A stretch of DNA of 64,000 bases. Source: Tubiluchus corallicola. Lineage: Eukaryota > Animalia > Priapulida. The notes below the pieces were generated by a model, which saw only the letters and a program-made list of their open reading frames with translations, was not told where the DNA came from and ran no database searches. Location: positions 434,001-498,000 of the forward strand of contig JAQGDQ010000039.1 in NCBI GenBank assembly GCA_030141605.1, in the 5' to 3' direction. How positions within the stretch are numbered: the first letter of the stretch is position 1; each line of letters begins with the position of its first letter. Below are positions 1 through 12,800 of the stretch, in pieces. The translations under genes were made by a program, and so were the position numbers.

Positions 1-881
1 TTTCAAATAGGATTTTGGATCATTTGATAGTTTTATTCTTATCTTAAACCTTACAATTCGTGAGAGCAGTTGATTAAACACATGTCATCATACATTGCAA
101 AATGTAAGTTACAACGATGCACCCTCATTTTACTGTCTGACGTCAGAAAATATGAAATTGAAAAGTACTTGTTCAAGATTTTCCCTGCGACCTTTTGACT
201 ACCTACCCAAAGAGATGTAATGCTTGAATATCCTGTTAAACATTAAAACTTGGTTCTATACTGTTTATTAGATAATTAATGCTAACTGTTTATGATCAGG
301 ATCATTCTGTGCCAGTGTAAACTTGTAAAATTTGTAAACTCATCCGTTTTGATGCGACATATTTTGTTTAGAAAATGTTTCACTGTTGCAGAATATTGCA
401 GCTTTTGCCAACTATGAGTGGAAATCCTTAATCCTTGCATACTTTTAAGAAAGATTGACTCATTTTGCCACCTCAAATTGTATTAGAACTACTACAAGTA
501 TACTTATATGTATGAGCACATTTGTCTTGGCCAATTGCTCAATACTGTTTGGTGTGAAAACCATTCTTAACCATACGTGTTAACAGGAATGGACAGCATG
601 ACATTAGGTGGAAAATTTTACTTTACTTTTTAAAAAATTTTTTTCATTGCTGTCATCGTGAGACATCACATGGTAGCAATGCTGAAAAACCTTTAAGAAT
701 AAAGTAAAATTTTCAATCTGTTGGTGATGTGAAACTTCATCAAGTTTGATCTGAATCTTCGATCAAGCTTTCAAAACCATTGAATTTTAAATAAGTTCGT
801 TTTTTCCATAAACAACTCCTTACGGTGTTTTTGGCATGTAAAAAGGTAAAGAGTGGTTCACACATTGCTTTGTTTCTGCAG

Positions 882-3800
882 GTGTAAAGCATCAGAACAT
901 AATCTGTGACAATTGCAAAAAGCATGGAATCCAGGGCATGAGATGGAAATGTAGCACATGTTTCGACTATGATCTGTGTACATTGTGTTACATGCTAGAC
1001 AAACATGATCTAACTCATACGTTTAATCGTTTCGAGACCTCCTCGTCAGCTGGGTGAGTTTGCTTAACATGTTTCATAAAATGACTTATTGTTTTGTTTT
1101 GCTTTGGAAAATGTATTATTGGTCCTTTTTTGTATCGTTAAACAATTTTAGCCCTAATGTTGTTTTCACTAATTTGTCTTACGTGAATTGATGATCTGTG
1201 TGTGAAAATACTTACATTCTAGCTGGTAATTTGCTTATATTATCATGTAAGTATTATTTATATAGTAGATGTGTTGCTAGGTATTTCATATGTTATATAT
1301 AACTGAATGTCGTTTTCTTATGCACTTTGATGTGCTGCAAGCCCAAATCAGATTCAATGGCAGGACCCTCTTAATGCGGTGTTTGTTGCATAACCATAAC
1401 CTGGCTTATTATCAAAGATATCCCTTTAAGATGAGGCACTGAACCAGCTGAGGTGTCGCTTACAACCTGTGCCATGCTCATGTGCATACATCCTCCCTTT
1501 ATGAGGTAATAAACCAAGGTTTAAAGGTGATGATGCCTACAATGAATATTGAGCCTGCGGCAGCCCCAACCACTCAGATAAAACTTCTGTCCGTATCCGC
1601 TCAGCGATGAACTGCCTAAACGTTTACTATAACATGGGTGATAACTCTTACAGGTATATGTAATTGCTATACTTTTTCAGTGTACTGCATGGAGGTTTTC
1701 AACCAAAAACTTTATTCTGCTGTTGAAGATGGAGCTTTAATTTTGCTCCTGTATTTCTGCTTATTATTATTATTTTTTTATTGATTGCTGTTTGCTATCA
1801 TAACATCATTGTTATGGACCTGGAAATTGTTGAAGTTATTGAAATAATCTGACATGTTATTGAAATATGTTATGTGAGTTTCGTTTGACTTTGCTTTTTT
1901 GAATTTTTAGCATTTTAATGCCAAAGAGACAGGATTCGGTAAAACTAGAAGCAAGGGGAATATTCGTTAATGCCAAAGTGATGAGAGGCCCTGATTGGGA
2001 CTGGGGGACTCAGGATGGTAAGAAACTTTTTCATTATGTATGTTGACCCAAATTTTAAGTCTTCTTGTACTGAAGCAAAGCACTACATCGTGTACTCTTT
2101 GAGACATGTTAATTCTTGAAAATTATACCAAGGCTAGCTACACGAGGTGCAAATTACAGAACTACCGTATTTTTTGCCGTTTAATAAGACTTGCTTTTTT
2201 CCCAGTAAAGGCCATGCTAAAAACACTGTTGCTACACTTATATTAGTGTATTATATTGAACTTACTGAATACGATTAACACAAGAACTTTAATCATGCTC
2301 AAAATGATTTTTTGAAAGGAATAATTCCACCGTCATTCAACTCCTCCTAGGGCTTGAATTAAATTCAAATTTTTTTTCATAAGTCACACTTGAATATAAT
2401 AATCTACAAGTATGACACGAGTTAACCACACTTGATAAGGCATAGTCAGATGTAAAGACAGTCACTGTGTTAGTTAGGCTTCCAGATTTGGATCTGAACT
2501 CATTCAGTTTTGTGTGGGCTACTTGTTTTGATATGGGAGCCACAAAATTATCTGTACGTTGGCTGGCCTGGTTATTCATGCATGACCAAACGTATCATGA
2601 ATATCGCACTTTCACACTTGTTTAACCTACTTATCATTTACATGTTAATTTTACATTGATTAATCACATCAACCTTGTGCTTCCAAAGTTGCACACTTCT
2701 TTGCAGTTTTGTGTATATTCGAGATGGTGTGTGTAATCAGTATATAAACTTTTATTGTTTAAGGTGGTGAAGGGAAGCTGGGTAAAGTCATTGACACACG
2801 CGGTTGGGATAACGAGTCGGGACGCAGCGTCGCTAATGTAATGTGGGTATCAGGAGCTACTAACGTTTATAGAGTGGGCCATAAGGGAAAAGTTGACTTG
2901 AGATATGTGCAAGATGCTTCAGGTGGACCATTCTATCGTGATCATCTACCTATTCTAGGTAAATATTACTTCATATTATTTAAATATTTCAATGCAATTG
3001 TTCAAAGCTTTGGAAAGTAATTCGGTTATTGTAATTGGTTGTATGAGCGTGTGAGCTCATATTTTTGTTTGCCATTAGCCTACACATACTTATATTTGTA
3101 AACGCCACGTTTCTGTATAATGTTAACAAAAAATTCATCAATTTGTTGCTCACAAAATTCATCCTGGGCTCTGCACGTTTGAAAACAAAACTTGATTTTG
3201 GGAGCTTCTAAATGGCAGATGATAAAGATGAAAAAGATCTACAGTACTAATAAATGGTGGCATTTCACTGAACAAAATTACCAGATAGGCAAATGCTCTC
3301 TCTTTTCTTTTCTCGTATATGCTCTTCAAAAATCAAAATAATTATTAATCAGGTACAGAAGAATTTAGGCAAGTCATACAATATTTTGCATTGGTATACA
3401 AAAGCTATACAGTCAGTTAGTTGCTATAAAGTTCTATTATTTGCTGAGACATATTAAAAAGTAAGAGGAAATAACAATAACCGATTTATATTAAATGCTC
3501 GCACTTTTTTAATTTAGTACTAGGCTGCGTTACCTAATGTGGAAAACTCAAATGCTAGTAGTTCATGACTTGACAAATGTGTTCTGTACTTCCGTTTGTT
3601 AACATTGTTTCATCGAATCAGATTCTGTTGGTGATGCCTTTTCTACAACCATAACAACCCTTGACGGTTTTTAGGCCAGGTAGTAGAGCAAGCGGTTGCA
3701 GCGTCATCAACTCAAAATCATCGGTTCAATGTCGGCGATCGGGTGAAGTGTTGCTTAGACACTGATGTGTTAAAGTCTATGCAAGAAGGACATGGCGGAT

Positions 3801-6800
3801 GGAACCCTCGTATGTCTGAGGTACAGTAGACGTCGTTTTGACATATATCGCAATAAATAAACACATGTGACTCACTTCTGTGAAGTTTTACTGCATGATT
3901 TTACCTTCATCCAAGGAGCTTAATATTGCAATGATGTGCTGGGCCCTCCCGTCATGGGTTTGATTGGTTGCTCCCATGCTGGTTTGTTTCCTCATATTGC
4001 AGATGCCAAGTGGTCCCGGTTCAATGCCAAGATGATGAAGAAAAACTTTATGAAGACAGACAGAGATTTATACAAATAACTTGCCAGTAAACTTGTCCTA
4101 TGCACTTCATGCTTATTGTGTCTGAGAAACAGGTGCTGTAATAGTAAAACACCTGTCCGTTTACCTGCTGAATCAACGAGGCCATTCCATACCAGCTACT
4201 TGTAATAGACCGAACCATCACAATGTGGGGGTGGGGCGAAAACAAATGGTATTTTGCCATCTCAACAATGTGGTACCTCAGTAGCCGTAGATAATTTGAA
4301 CACAGTATCGTTGATGTGCAATTTAGTTGAGTTCAATTCAATTTCTATTTGTAGTAAAACACCTGTCCGTTTACCTGCTGAATCAACGAGGCCATTCCAT
4401 ACCAGCTACTTGTAATAGACCGAACCATCATAATGTGGGGGTGGGGCGAAAACAAATGGTATTTTGCCATCTCAACAATGTGGTACCTCAGTAGCCGTAG
4501 ATAATTTGAACACAGTATCGTTGATGTGCAATTTAGTTGAGTTCAATTCAATTTCTATTTGTTTGTGTCATACAACAAACATGTAATAAAGATTAGTAAT
4601 TATTACTAGTCAATAAGAGACGGGAGTGGAGAAAGACCCTACGGTCACCGAGCTTCCACTCCTTACTAAATATACCAATATAATTGTTTTACTCAGAGGC
4701 GTTAGTAAACTGCATCTCTGATTATTGTAATTAGTTGGAATTAAGTATTCAGCAACAAGAAATATAATTTATGTACAACGGTATATCATATCAACGATAT
4801 ATATCAGAAACAACAATAATTCTAACCGTTGATAAACTCAATAAAAATGCTCAAATTGCGGAAGATTTTAACTATTCAGACATCAGCTGTGCATTAGCTA
4901 TGCCTACACGCTTAATCAGTTCTTGTTATCGTGTGCACAGTTACAGTCAAGCAACAATTACAAAGTTCAAAGTCTATTTTTCAGAAGTTTTCTTCCTTTT
5001 TGGCTTGCATTTGAAAGCTACTTTATCTTAGCTACTTTAGCTGTCACTTGAAAGCTACAAAGATTAGATAACTTTGTTTCTAAATTATAATGTCTAATGA
5101 ACGTTTAAGCTTATTGTTTAGCTATTAGTTTTCTTATGCTGCCTTTAGTTGTACCCGTTTTAGTCATTCACATTTTGGGTTCCAAAAAATGAACAAAATT
5201 TTGTTTGTTCCTCACTGCATTCTGATCGTGATTACGTAGGACTTAGTTGTGTCACTTAGTAGATTTATGTTAAAAAATAATATTTCTGGCTTTCTGCAGT
5301 ATATCGGAAAAGTTGGAACAGTTCACCGAATGACAGATAGAGGAGATATTAGGGTTCAGTACGAAGGCTGTAATAATCGATGGACATTTCATCCTGGCGC
5401 TTTAACGAAGGTGAAAACATTTTATTACAAAAATACTTTTTTTGAATTGCGATAAAAACATTGTACTGGCAGCTTTATGTAGTCAAAGACCAAACTTATC
5501 ACTAATTAGTTATTACCACATGGAAACTGTAGAGGAAGACATCTAATAAACTGCTGGTTTAATTTGTTGTATCCACTTATTTTGCAGGTTAATATGTTTG
5601 CTGTTGGTGACATTGTGCGGGTTAGCGATGACGTAGCTCGAGTGAAAGAGCTTCAAAAGAACCATGGGGAATGGACAGATAACATGAGATCTGTAAGACT
5701 TATTTATATACTTTTGGACTAACTTATCATCTCGAACTTTCGAAACTGGTACGGTGTATTGAGTCTTGATATTTATGTGGTGTATTTCAGTCGTCTGTGT
5801 TCTTGTATTTTCGTGTGGGTTACCTTGACCATTTTAACACAGGTCTTTTTCTTTAAATTAACACTTCACTCAACCTTCATTCTAGTACTCCATTAAACAA
5901 ACTTTGGTTAAAATTTACCTTTTGTATTAAAATTTTTCTCAACTTGATCCATGCGAAATGTCGATAATCTAAAAAATACCTTGACATCTAATCTGAAAAT
6001 GGGATTATAATTTCGCTATTTAAGTATGCTTCTGCAAGATTGAAAAGTACTAGATGAAAAATAACAATACAGCATTTGAGATTTTTAAATTTTATGACTG
6101 CTTGTGCATATGTATTTTAGGCTCTTGGTAAAACGGGTAAAGTGATAAAAATCTACCCGGACGGAGACCTGCGAGTGGCTGTCGCTGGACACACTTGGAC
6201 ATTTAACTCTTTGGTCATCACTCCCGTTCCTGGCTCTGTACATGAGATTAATAATACAATGACAGCAAATGAGAGGGAAGAACCAGCAAGTATGATTCAA
6301 GTCATCTGTGTTTTGTAGCTCAGTTTATCATTGATTATTAGTGTATTATTACAGCATTTAAATTAATGGTTAAAGTAAATTTTTATTTGGATTAAGTCAC
6401 ACTAATGACTTCAAGGAAAACAGGATGATTTCTCATATCCTGCCCCATCTTGAAGTATGACAAAAGTATGCATTTTAACATCAATAATACTGCAAAAACA
6501 TTTATAATAATTACAGATTAAAAACTTAATTAATGGCAGGCAAGCCCAACCAGTGATGACAGCACAACTGAACAATTTGCAACAGTACAAACATTCCATG
6601 TTGTACATATTTGTGAAAGCGAAAATTAAAGTCAGTGCTACTGTACGACATTCTGTGTGATCTCCAAAACTCGGCAATTTGCAGTATGAAAACTCAAATT
6701 TCAAATTTTACCGCTGTGCTCACGCATGTGCACTATGTCACAAATGAACACCTCTGGACTGAGAAGTACAGCACCTATTTTTTATATAGCGCATTTCTGA

Positions 6801-9800
6801 AATGCAAGCGCTAATTTAACCATCTAACTAACAAAGGGTAAAATGCACATAAGAGTGAAGAGCTAGGCACAGGAATGCAAAATTGCTTTTGTGTGGTAAT
6901 AATGCTTTCATGTAAATCATTCTTGAAAAAATAATGTCCCTTTCTATGTTTTTAATAAGTAGATTGTTTAGATCTACAGTTCAAGATTGGGTCCGATTTT
7001 CCTTTATGAATAAGATAAAACTTATTTTGCATTCCGAAAGCAGGGTATGAGAAGCATTCAATCTACCATGAAACTGTCCAGTTATGAAAAGATAAAAGTG
7101 GAGAAATTCAACATGGAGCACACTCATTTTTACACCAGTGAAAGTTACCGTAGAAAGTTTCTGTGATTTTACTTCACTTCATTTTTATAAATTTGGCAAG
7201 TTAAAGCTGTTAAAATGTGTCTTGTGGCATGTTGTCACAACTTGAGATTTCATTGCATAACCTGTCTATATACTGTCTTTATACAATAAAATTCGCTTAA
7301 TAAATCCACTGAATCATCACTGATATTAAAGATACATGTATTGCATTTTTTTAACTTGGCAAGTAGTTTATCACATTTAAAAAGGTAGTGGCATCGCGGA
7401 TAAACAATATTTTCTTTACGCAAGTTACTTTAATCATACGAATGCTAATAAATTGTTGCAGTTTACTAAAAAACTTTTCATAAGCAGCTTACTAAGTGTT
7501 AAGAGCATTGGCTTCATAAATAAACAATACACACTGAATTAATGCAGAAAACACTACTTAGTAGGTCTTTTCGATTTATAAATCCAACCGCTTATTAAAT
7601 CTATTTAGCAAAAAAAATTCCATGGCTTACGCATACTTAGTAAGAAGCTAGAGCCTGCTAATATTTTTTCAGTGAAGTGAACCTAAGCAGTGTATCGTAC
7701 CATGCTAGGGTGCTGTCTGCAATATGCACTTTATTTTCTTAGATCCCTTGGCGACACTCCTAGAGCAGCTGATTGATCATCGAAACGAGTCAAAAGGTCA
7801 CGATCAATTGGTACGTGAAGCTGCGCAGGGACACACCAAATTCATTTGCGAGTACTTAGAAAAGCACCCAGATAAGGTGAGTTTCAGTTTTTTGTCTTTG
7901 TTTGCACCATTCAGGTCATCTAGCACTCTGAGGAAAATGTTACTTTCAACTGATTAGTTTCAAAGCTTCAGTATGAAAGATAGAGATTCCAAATAATTTA
8001 TTACTGGTGTTACTTTCACTAGAGCCTTGGTGTTTGGATAGTCACTGTACATTTATATATTTTTAACAGACATATTTCAAAATAGAATGCAGATGGTAAA
8101 TATGAATGACAATTATAAACATTATTGAAAGTGACCCCTGTTAGCATCAATACAGGCTTGGATCCTTCTTCTTTTGTTTCTAAATGCCGCATTGGGATCA
8201 AAAGCTGAAATATAAAAAAACATAATTAGAATGCACATACATCTCTGAATATTGGAATTGTGTGTTCTAAGAATCTGCCGACTAACATTAAAAATTGTAA
8301 TATCTTATCTTAAAGTATCTAGTATCTTACACTAGCTTGTTTGTGTCTTGTATATTATCAATCTATTATACATACTTTTGATGAAAACAAATATGACAAC
8401 TTTAACGTTATTGCTGCATGACTTTCGTTTAGCTTAAGCTTCAGCCCATGTATTTCTAATAAAATCGGTTTACTCTTTCTTGAAAAATTCTTGAATGAAT
8501 CTTTTGGATTGCTCGTCATTACAGATTGATCAGAAAAGTTCAGGAAAGACGGCGCTACAAGTCGCATGTCATCAAGGTCACATTGATGCAGTGCGGTTGC
8601 TTTTGGGCAGAAATGCAAATTTGGAAGTGCACGATGAAGATGGGGACACAGCTTTGCATTACTCTGCATTTGGGTGAGTACTGATGTCCTTTACCTTTCT
8701 TCTACCGTATATATATAGATAATGTTTCACGCATTTGGTGCAACACATTTTATGCATTTTCACTGGTATTTCAGTTTCACTTTGATCCAGAAAACACAGT
8801 AGTACTAATTTTCACAGTTCAAATGGCTACAACAGGTTTTTACATTTTCTAAATGGACTTTTGAGTTTGCTATGTAATCATAATGCGTAGTTCCTCAACA
8901 TGTCAGATCGTTCTTACTCAGCTAAAGTGATTATTAATTGACTGCTAGTTGGGTACATTACTTCGTTTCAAACGGGAGGGAAAATTTGAAGCGACCATCA
9001 GTTCGTCGTTTTACACGAGTTTGCTTTGTCAAACAATAACTAATTTTCAATAATGAAACGAAACTTTTTTATCAGACCGTGCACTAGCTCTGTTCAGCGC
9101 TATTGCTCGCAATATTCTTCACAAGTTTCATAAAACTCTTGCTTTTTTGCTTTAGAACATGTAGAGCAGTCTCTATTTTCTTTTCAATTTTGGTGGCCAA
9201 ATCGTTCATTACTTACTTACTAAATTACTTACTAATTACTAATTACTTATTAATTACTTACTAAATTTGCTTTTATGAAGTAATCAACCAGATGTGATGG
9301 ACCTGCTGCTTCAAAAAGGAGCAAAAATCAACACGTTGAATAAGGGCAAATGTTCTGCCGTCCATGTTGCTGTCAACAAACAGCATGTGAGCTGTGTCAA
9401 AGTTTTACTGAAGCATAAATGCAATGTCAACATTCAGGTGAGCATTAATTTTTTATCATGGGCATTTACCTGTGACATTTTGTTCTATGCGAGCAGCTTT
9501 ATACAACCTAGCAGCCAAATAGCAAGAAGTCTTGATTCTAACATCTGATTCAAGGTAGTTGTCACATCAGAGTTTTTAAAAGCCAGGTTATTCCTAAACT
9601 ATCAAAGGATACCTAAATAAAAACAAAATAAATAAAATATCAGGAAAAATTATAATTGGTAATTGGAGAGCCTGTCCGTTGAAAACCGGCACTTATCTTT
9701 CTTCCCAGAACACCAAAAGTCATTGTTGCAATTCTGTCCACAAATCTTATTCCTGAGTGTCACCTTGGGTCCTAGGAAAAATCTGGTGATTCCTCACACT

Positions 9801-12800
9801 CACTCTGTCTGTCTGTCTGTCTGTCTGTCACACTTTTGTCAGCTCTACAGTACTTGTTTTTGCCCATTTGAGTTGAAATTTGGTGAGATGGTTAGTTAGG
9901 ATATCCTTGGTTCAAAATAAAAAATAGTAACGATTCTTTCATTAATTAGTAAATTAATTCGAATTGTTTAATGTAGACACTCAGTGTGATCTTAGTGATT
10001 GAGGCAATACTATGTCAATTATATCATTCACTTGGTCTCTCATAGCAAAAATATGTAAGTCCAATAAGTAATTAAAAAAGTAGATGTCACAATGCACCGC
10101 ATCCAAATTAAAAGGCCCACCATACATGTACAACTGCCAAGTGGTCATGATTTTTGATTAAAACTATTATTAGCTTTGCGTTGTTAAGATTAAAATTGTC
10201 ATCAACTAGTTAACACAAGTTTGGTGAGTAAGTCAAATTAAAGTGCATTAAATTAAGCTAACTTTCTTTAATGGAAAAACCTACCCTCGAACAACAGTTA
10301 TTGCATTTTACTTAAAAATATTGAAATCACCACACAATATATGCACGTTAAATGCCTTGCTTAAAAATACAAAAGAAATTTAAATATTTCTTATCTCCAT
10401 CAAACCAACCTCGCTGCCGGCATATTGGAAAAGATGACATAAGCTGGTGCCTGTTGGGCAGCATGAATGCCATGAAGACAAACTGTGTGAAGGTACACAT
10501 TGGGAAATTTCTACAGTTCACTCAGAAGTTCTGTTATTCTAGCATTGTATTTATGTAATGCATTTATGCAAAAATTAGTCATTGGATCAATTATAACCAA
10601 GTTTAAAGTGGTTACATAGCTTTAAACCATAGGATTATACGTTAAAATGTGTAAGTAATGTATATTAATAGTGTGAATAACTAATTTGCAGATTTTTATT
10701 GACTTTCAGATATGCGTGCAAAGTTACGAGCATATAGTAGGTGCCGGGTGGGTTAATTAGTTTATAAAGATCGCTGTATAAGTGTTTATAATGCACAGTA
10801 ACCAGACGACGTCATGTTTCATTCAAAATGAGCTCACCCAAGCGTTAAGTGATCGCAACTTTTAAGTTGATTTTACTAATTACACGAGGCGCTTGTCACA
10901 GTTTTATTTTTGAAACTTTCTAACATTATCACAGTTTTATTTTTGAAACTTTCTAACATTTTTCTCAAACATAAAAATAGCTAAACTTCCCGAGATACTT
11001 GGCTTTTGCTTTAAACCCTCTTGTGCTTGTGCTGGGAATGGTGGAATATTTTGCTCACTCAGCAGCATGTGATCTGCCTGTTTTACTGTACTAAATGTAC
11101 ATGATGTACTGTACATGGTAATTGTATTAAAACTTGTTGTTCATTTGTTTCAGGATTCGTATGGTGATACAGCGTTACACGACGCCATCGGGAAAGACAA
11201 TACTGAGATTATAGATCTTATAGTTACTGCTCCAGGTTTAGACTTTGGTCTAAAAAACAAAAGAGGTTTTAATGTTCTTCATCATGCTGCCTTAAAAGGA
11301 AACAATTAGTATGTGAATTGCATTATCTTTAATATTAATATTCTACTAGTTTTATTATTATTAAATTAAAATGTTGGATATAAAAATTGTAAAAACATGT
11401 CAGTACTTTCTGCATTCTGTAAAAAAACTTTATTGCTAGCTTCTACTAGAAACTAGGATCATAATGTTTCTCAGTTCTACCATTACTGTGTATATTGTCA
11501 TTTGTGCCAAGTCTAAAGTTGAAAATGATTTCATTTGCTTGCAAAATTTCTGGAGCTCTTTATTAGAGACAAATATTGTGAAGCTTTATATTATGTAAAC
11601 AATAAAATAAGTTTGGGATAAAAAATTGTTTTGAGTGCCCTTTGCTGTCTCCTTTGAACTAATGAAATAAATCACTCCAATTGTACATCAAATACATCTC
11701 TAACTTCGTATGTTATCTGCAATTGATGTTTTTGTTAATAGCAACTTTTGTTTTGCGTTTTTAAACAGTAAACTTTTTTAGTTATTTTGATTAAGTGCTA
11801 GATTTTTTATATCTTGTTTACATCAAGAAAATGAAATCATTTAGTTGACTTGGGTCCAAAAATTAACAAGTTCCTAAATTATCTGTAATTCTGGAATATA
11901 AGTAGAATTTAAATCACTTCTTTATCCCATTTTGTCTATATCTTTTTTATTTAGTGCCACTGAAAAGCTGCTACAAAAAACTCGGCAAATAGTCGACGTG
12001 AAAAAAGACGATGGTTTCGCTGCCCTTCATTTAGCAGCTCTTAATGGACATCGGGAGGTTGCAGAAACCTTAATTAAGCAGGTAACAAGCTTTCTCTTAT
12101 GGACTACCTTCAACAATTCATAAGATTATTGAAACTCGAGTGATTCTGTAAATGATTAACGCTGTAACAGCTAATAATTACTTATCGTTCATGTTTTTCT
12201 AGGGTGGATGCGATATAGATATAAGAAACAATAGAAAGCAGACACCATTGTTACTAGCAGTTAGTCAAATTCATGCCAGTATCGTGGAGGTACTCGTTTG
12301 TGCACTTTATATTTAAACTCAAATCCGGTAATATGATTTGGCTTATAACGAAACTCTCTGTAGTACGATGATTTTATTATGTCCCTGCTAGGGTCATAAT
12401 AAAGCCATTTAATTACTTATGGTTTACTATGAAACCCTGTTTCATACGATGATTCCTCGAAGTCCAATATGAGTTCAATATAAAGGAACACTTGTAATAT
12501 GATCTCTGCTGTGGCCCGCCTCATCTAGACACTTCAGCTGTTGTTAACAGTGATCATAGCTCAGTTGATTGCTTTTACAACATAATGCATGTATGTACAG
12601 TATCATAGCTAAGCCTATTGTTGTTTTAAGCAGTCAGCTGCACAAATTTAAATGTCTTGTAGTCAAATTATTGATCTCTGAAAAGCCTTCCGCTTCCCAC
12701 TCTGATAAAAATTTGCCATTATAGTTTATATAAACTATATTTTTTAGTGCCTTCCTATCCATAGATAGCTACACTTTGTTTACTGTAACAAGCGCCCAGT

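Noticed and set aside
4622-4661. Hammerhead ribozyme-like hairpin (GAAA-GACC-CTAC-GGTC)
   Set aside because: No CTGANGA core or UH cleavage site; better explained as a LINE 3' stem-loop. Other CTGANGA hits checked (e.g. 25173, 38769) lack the required stems.
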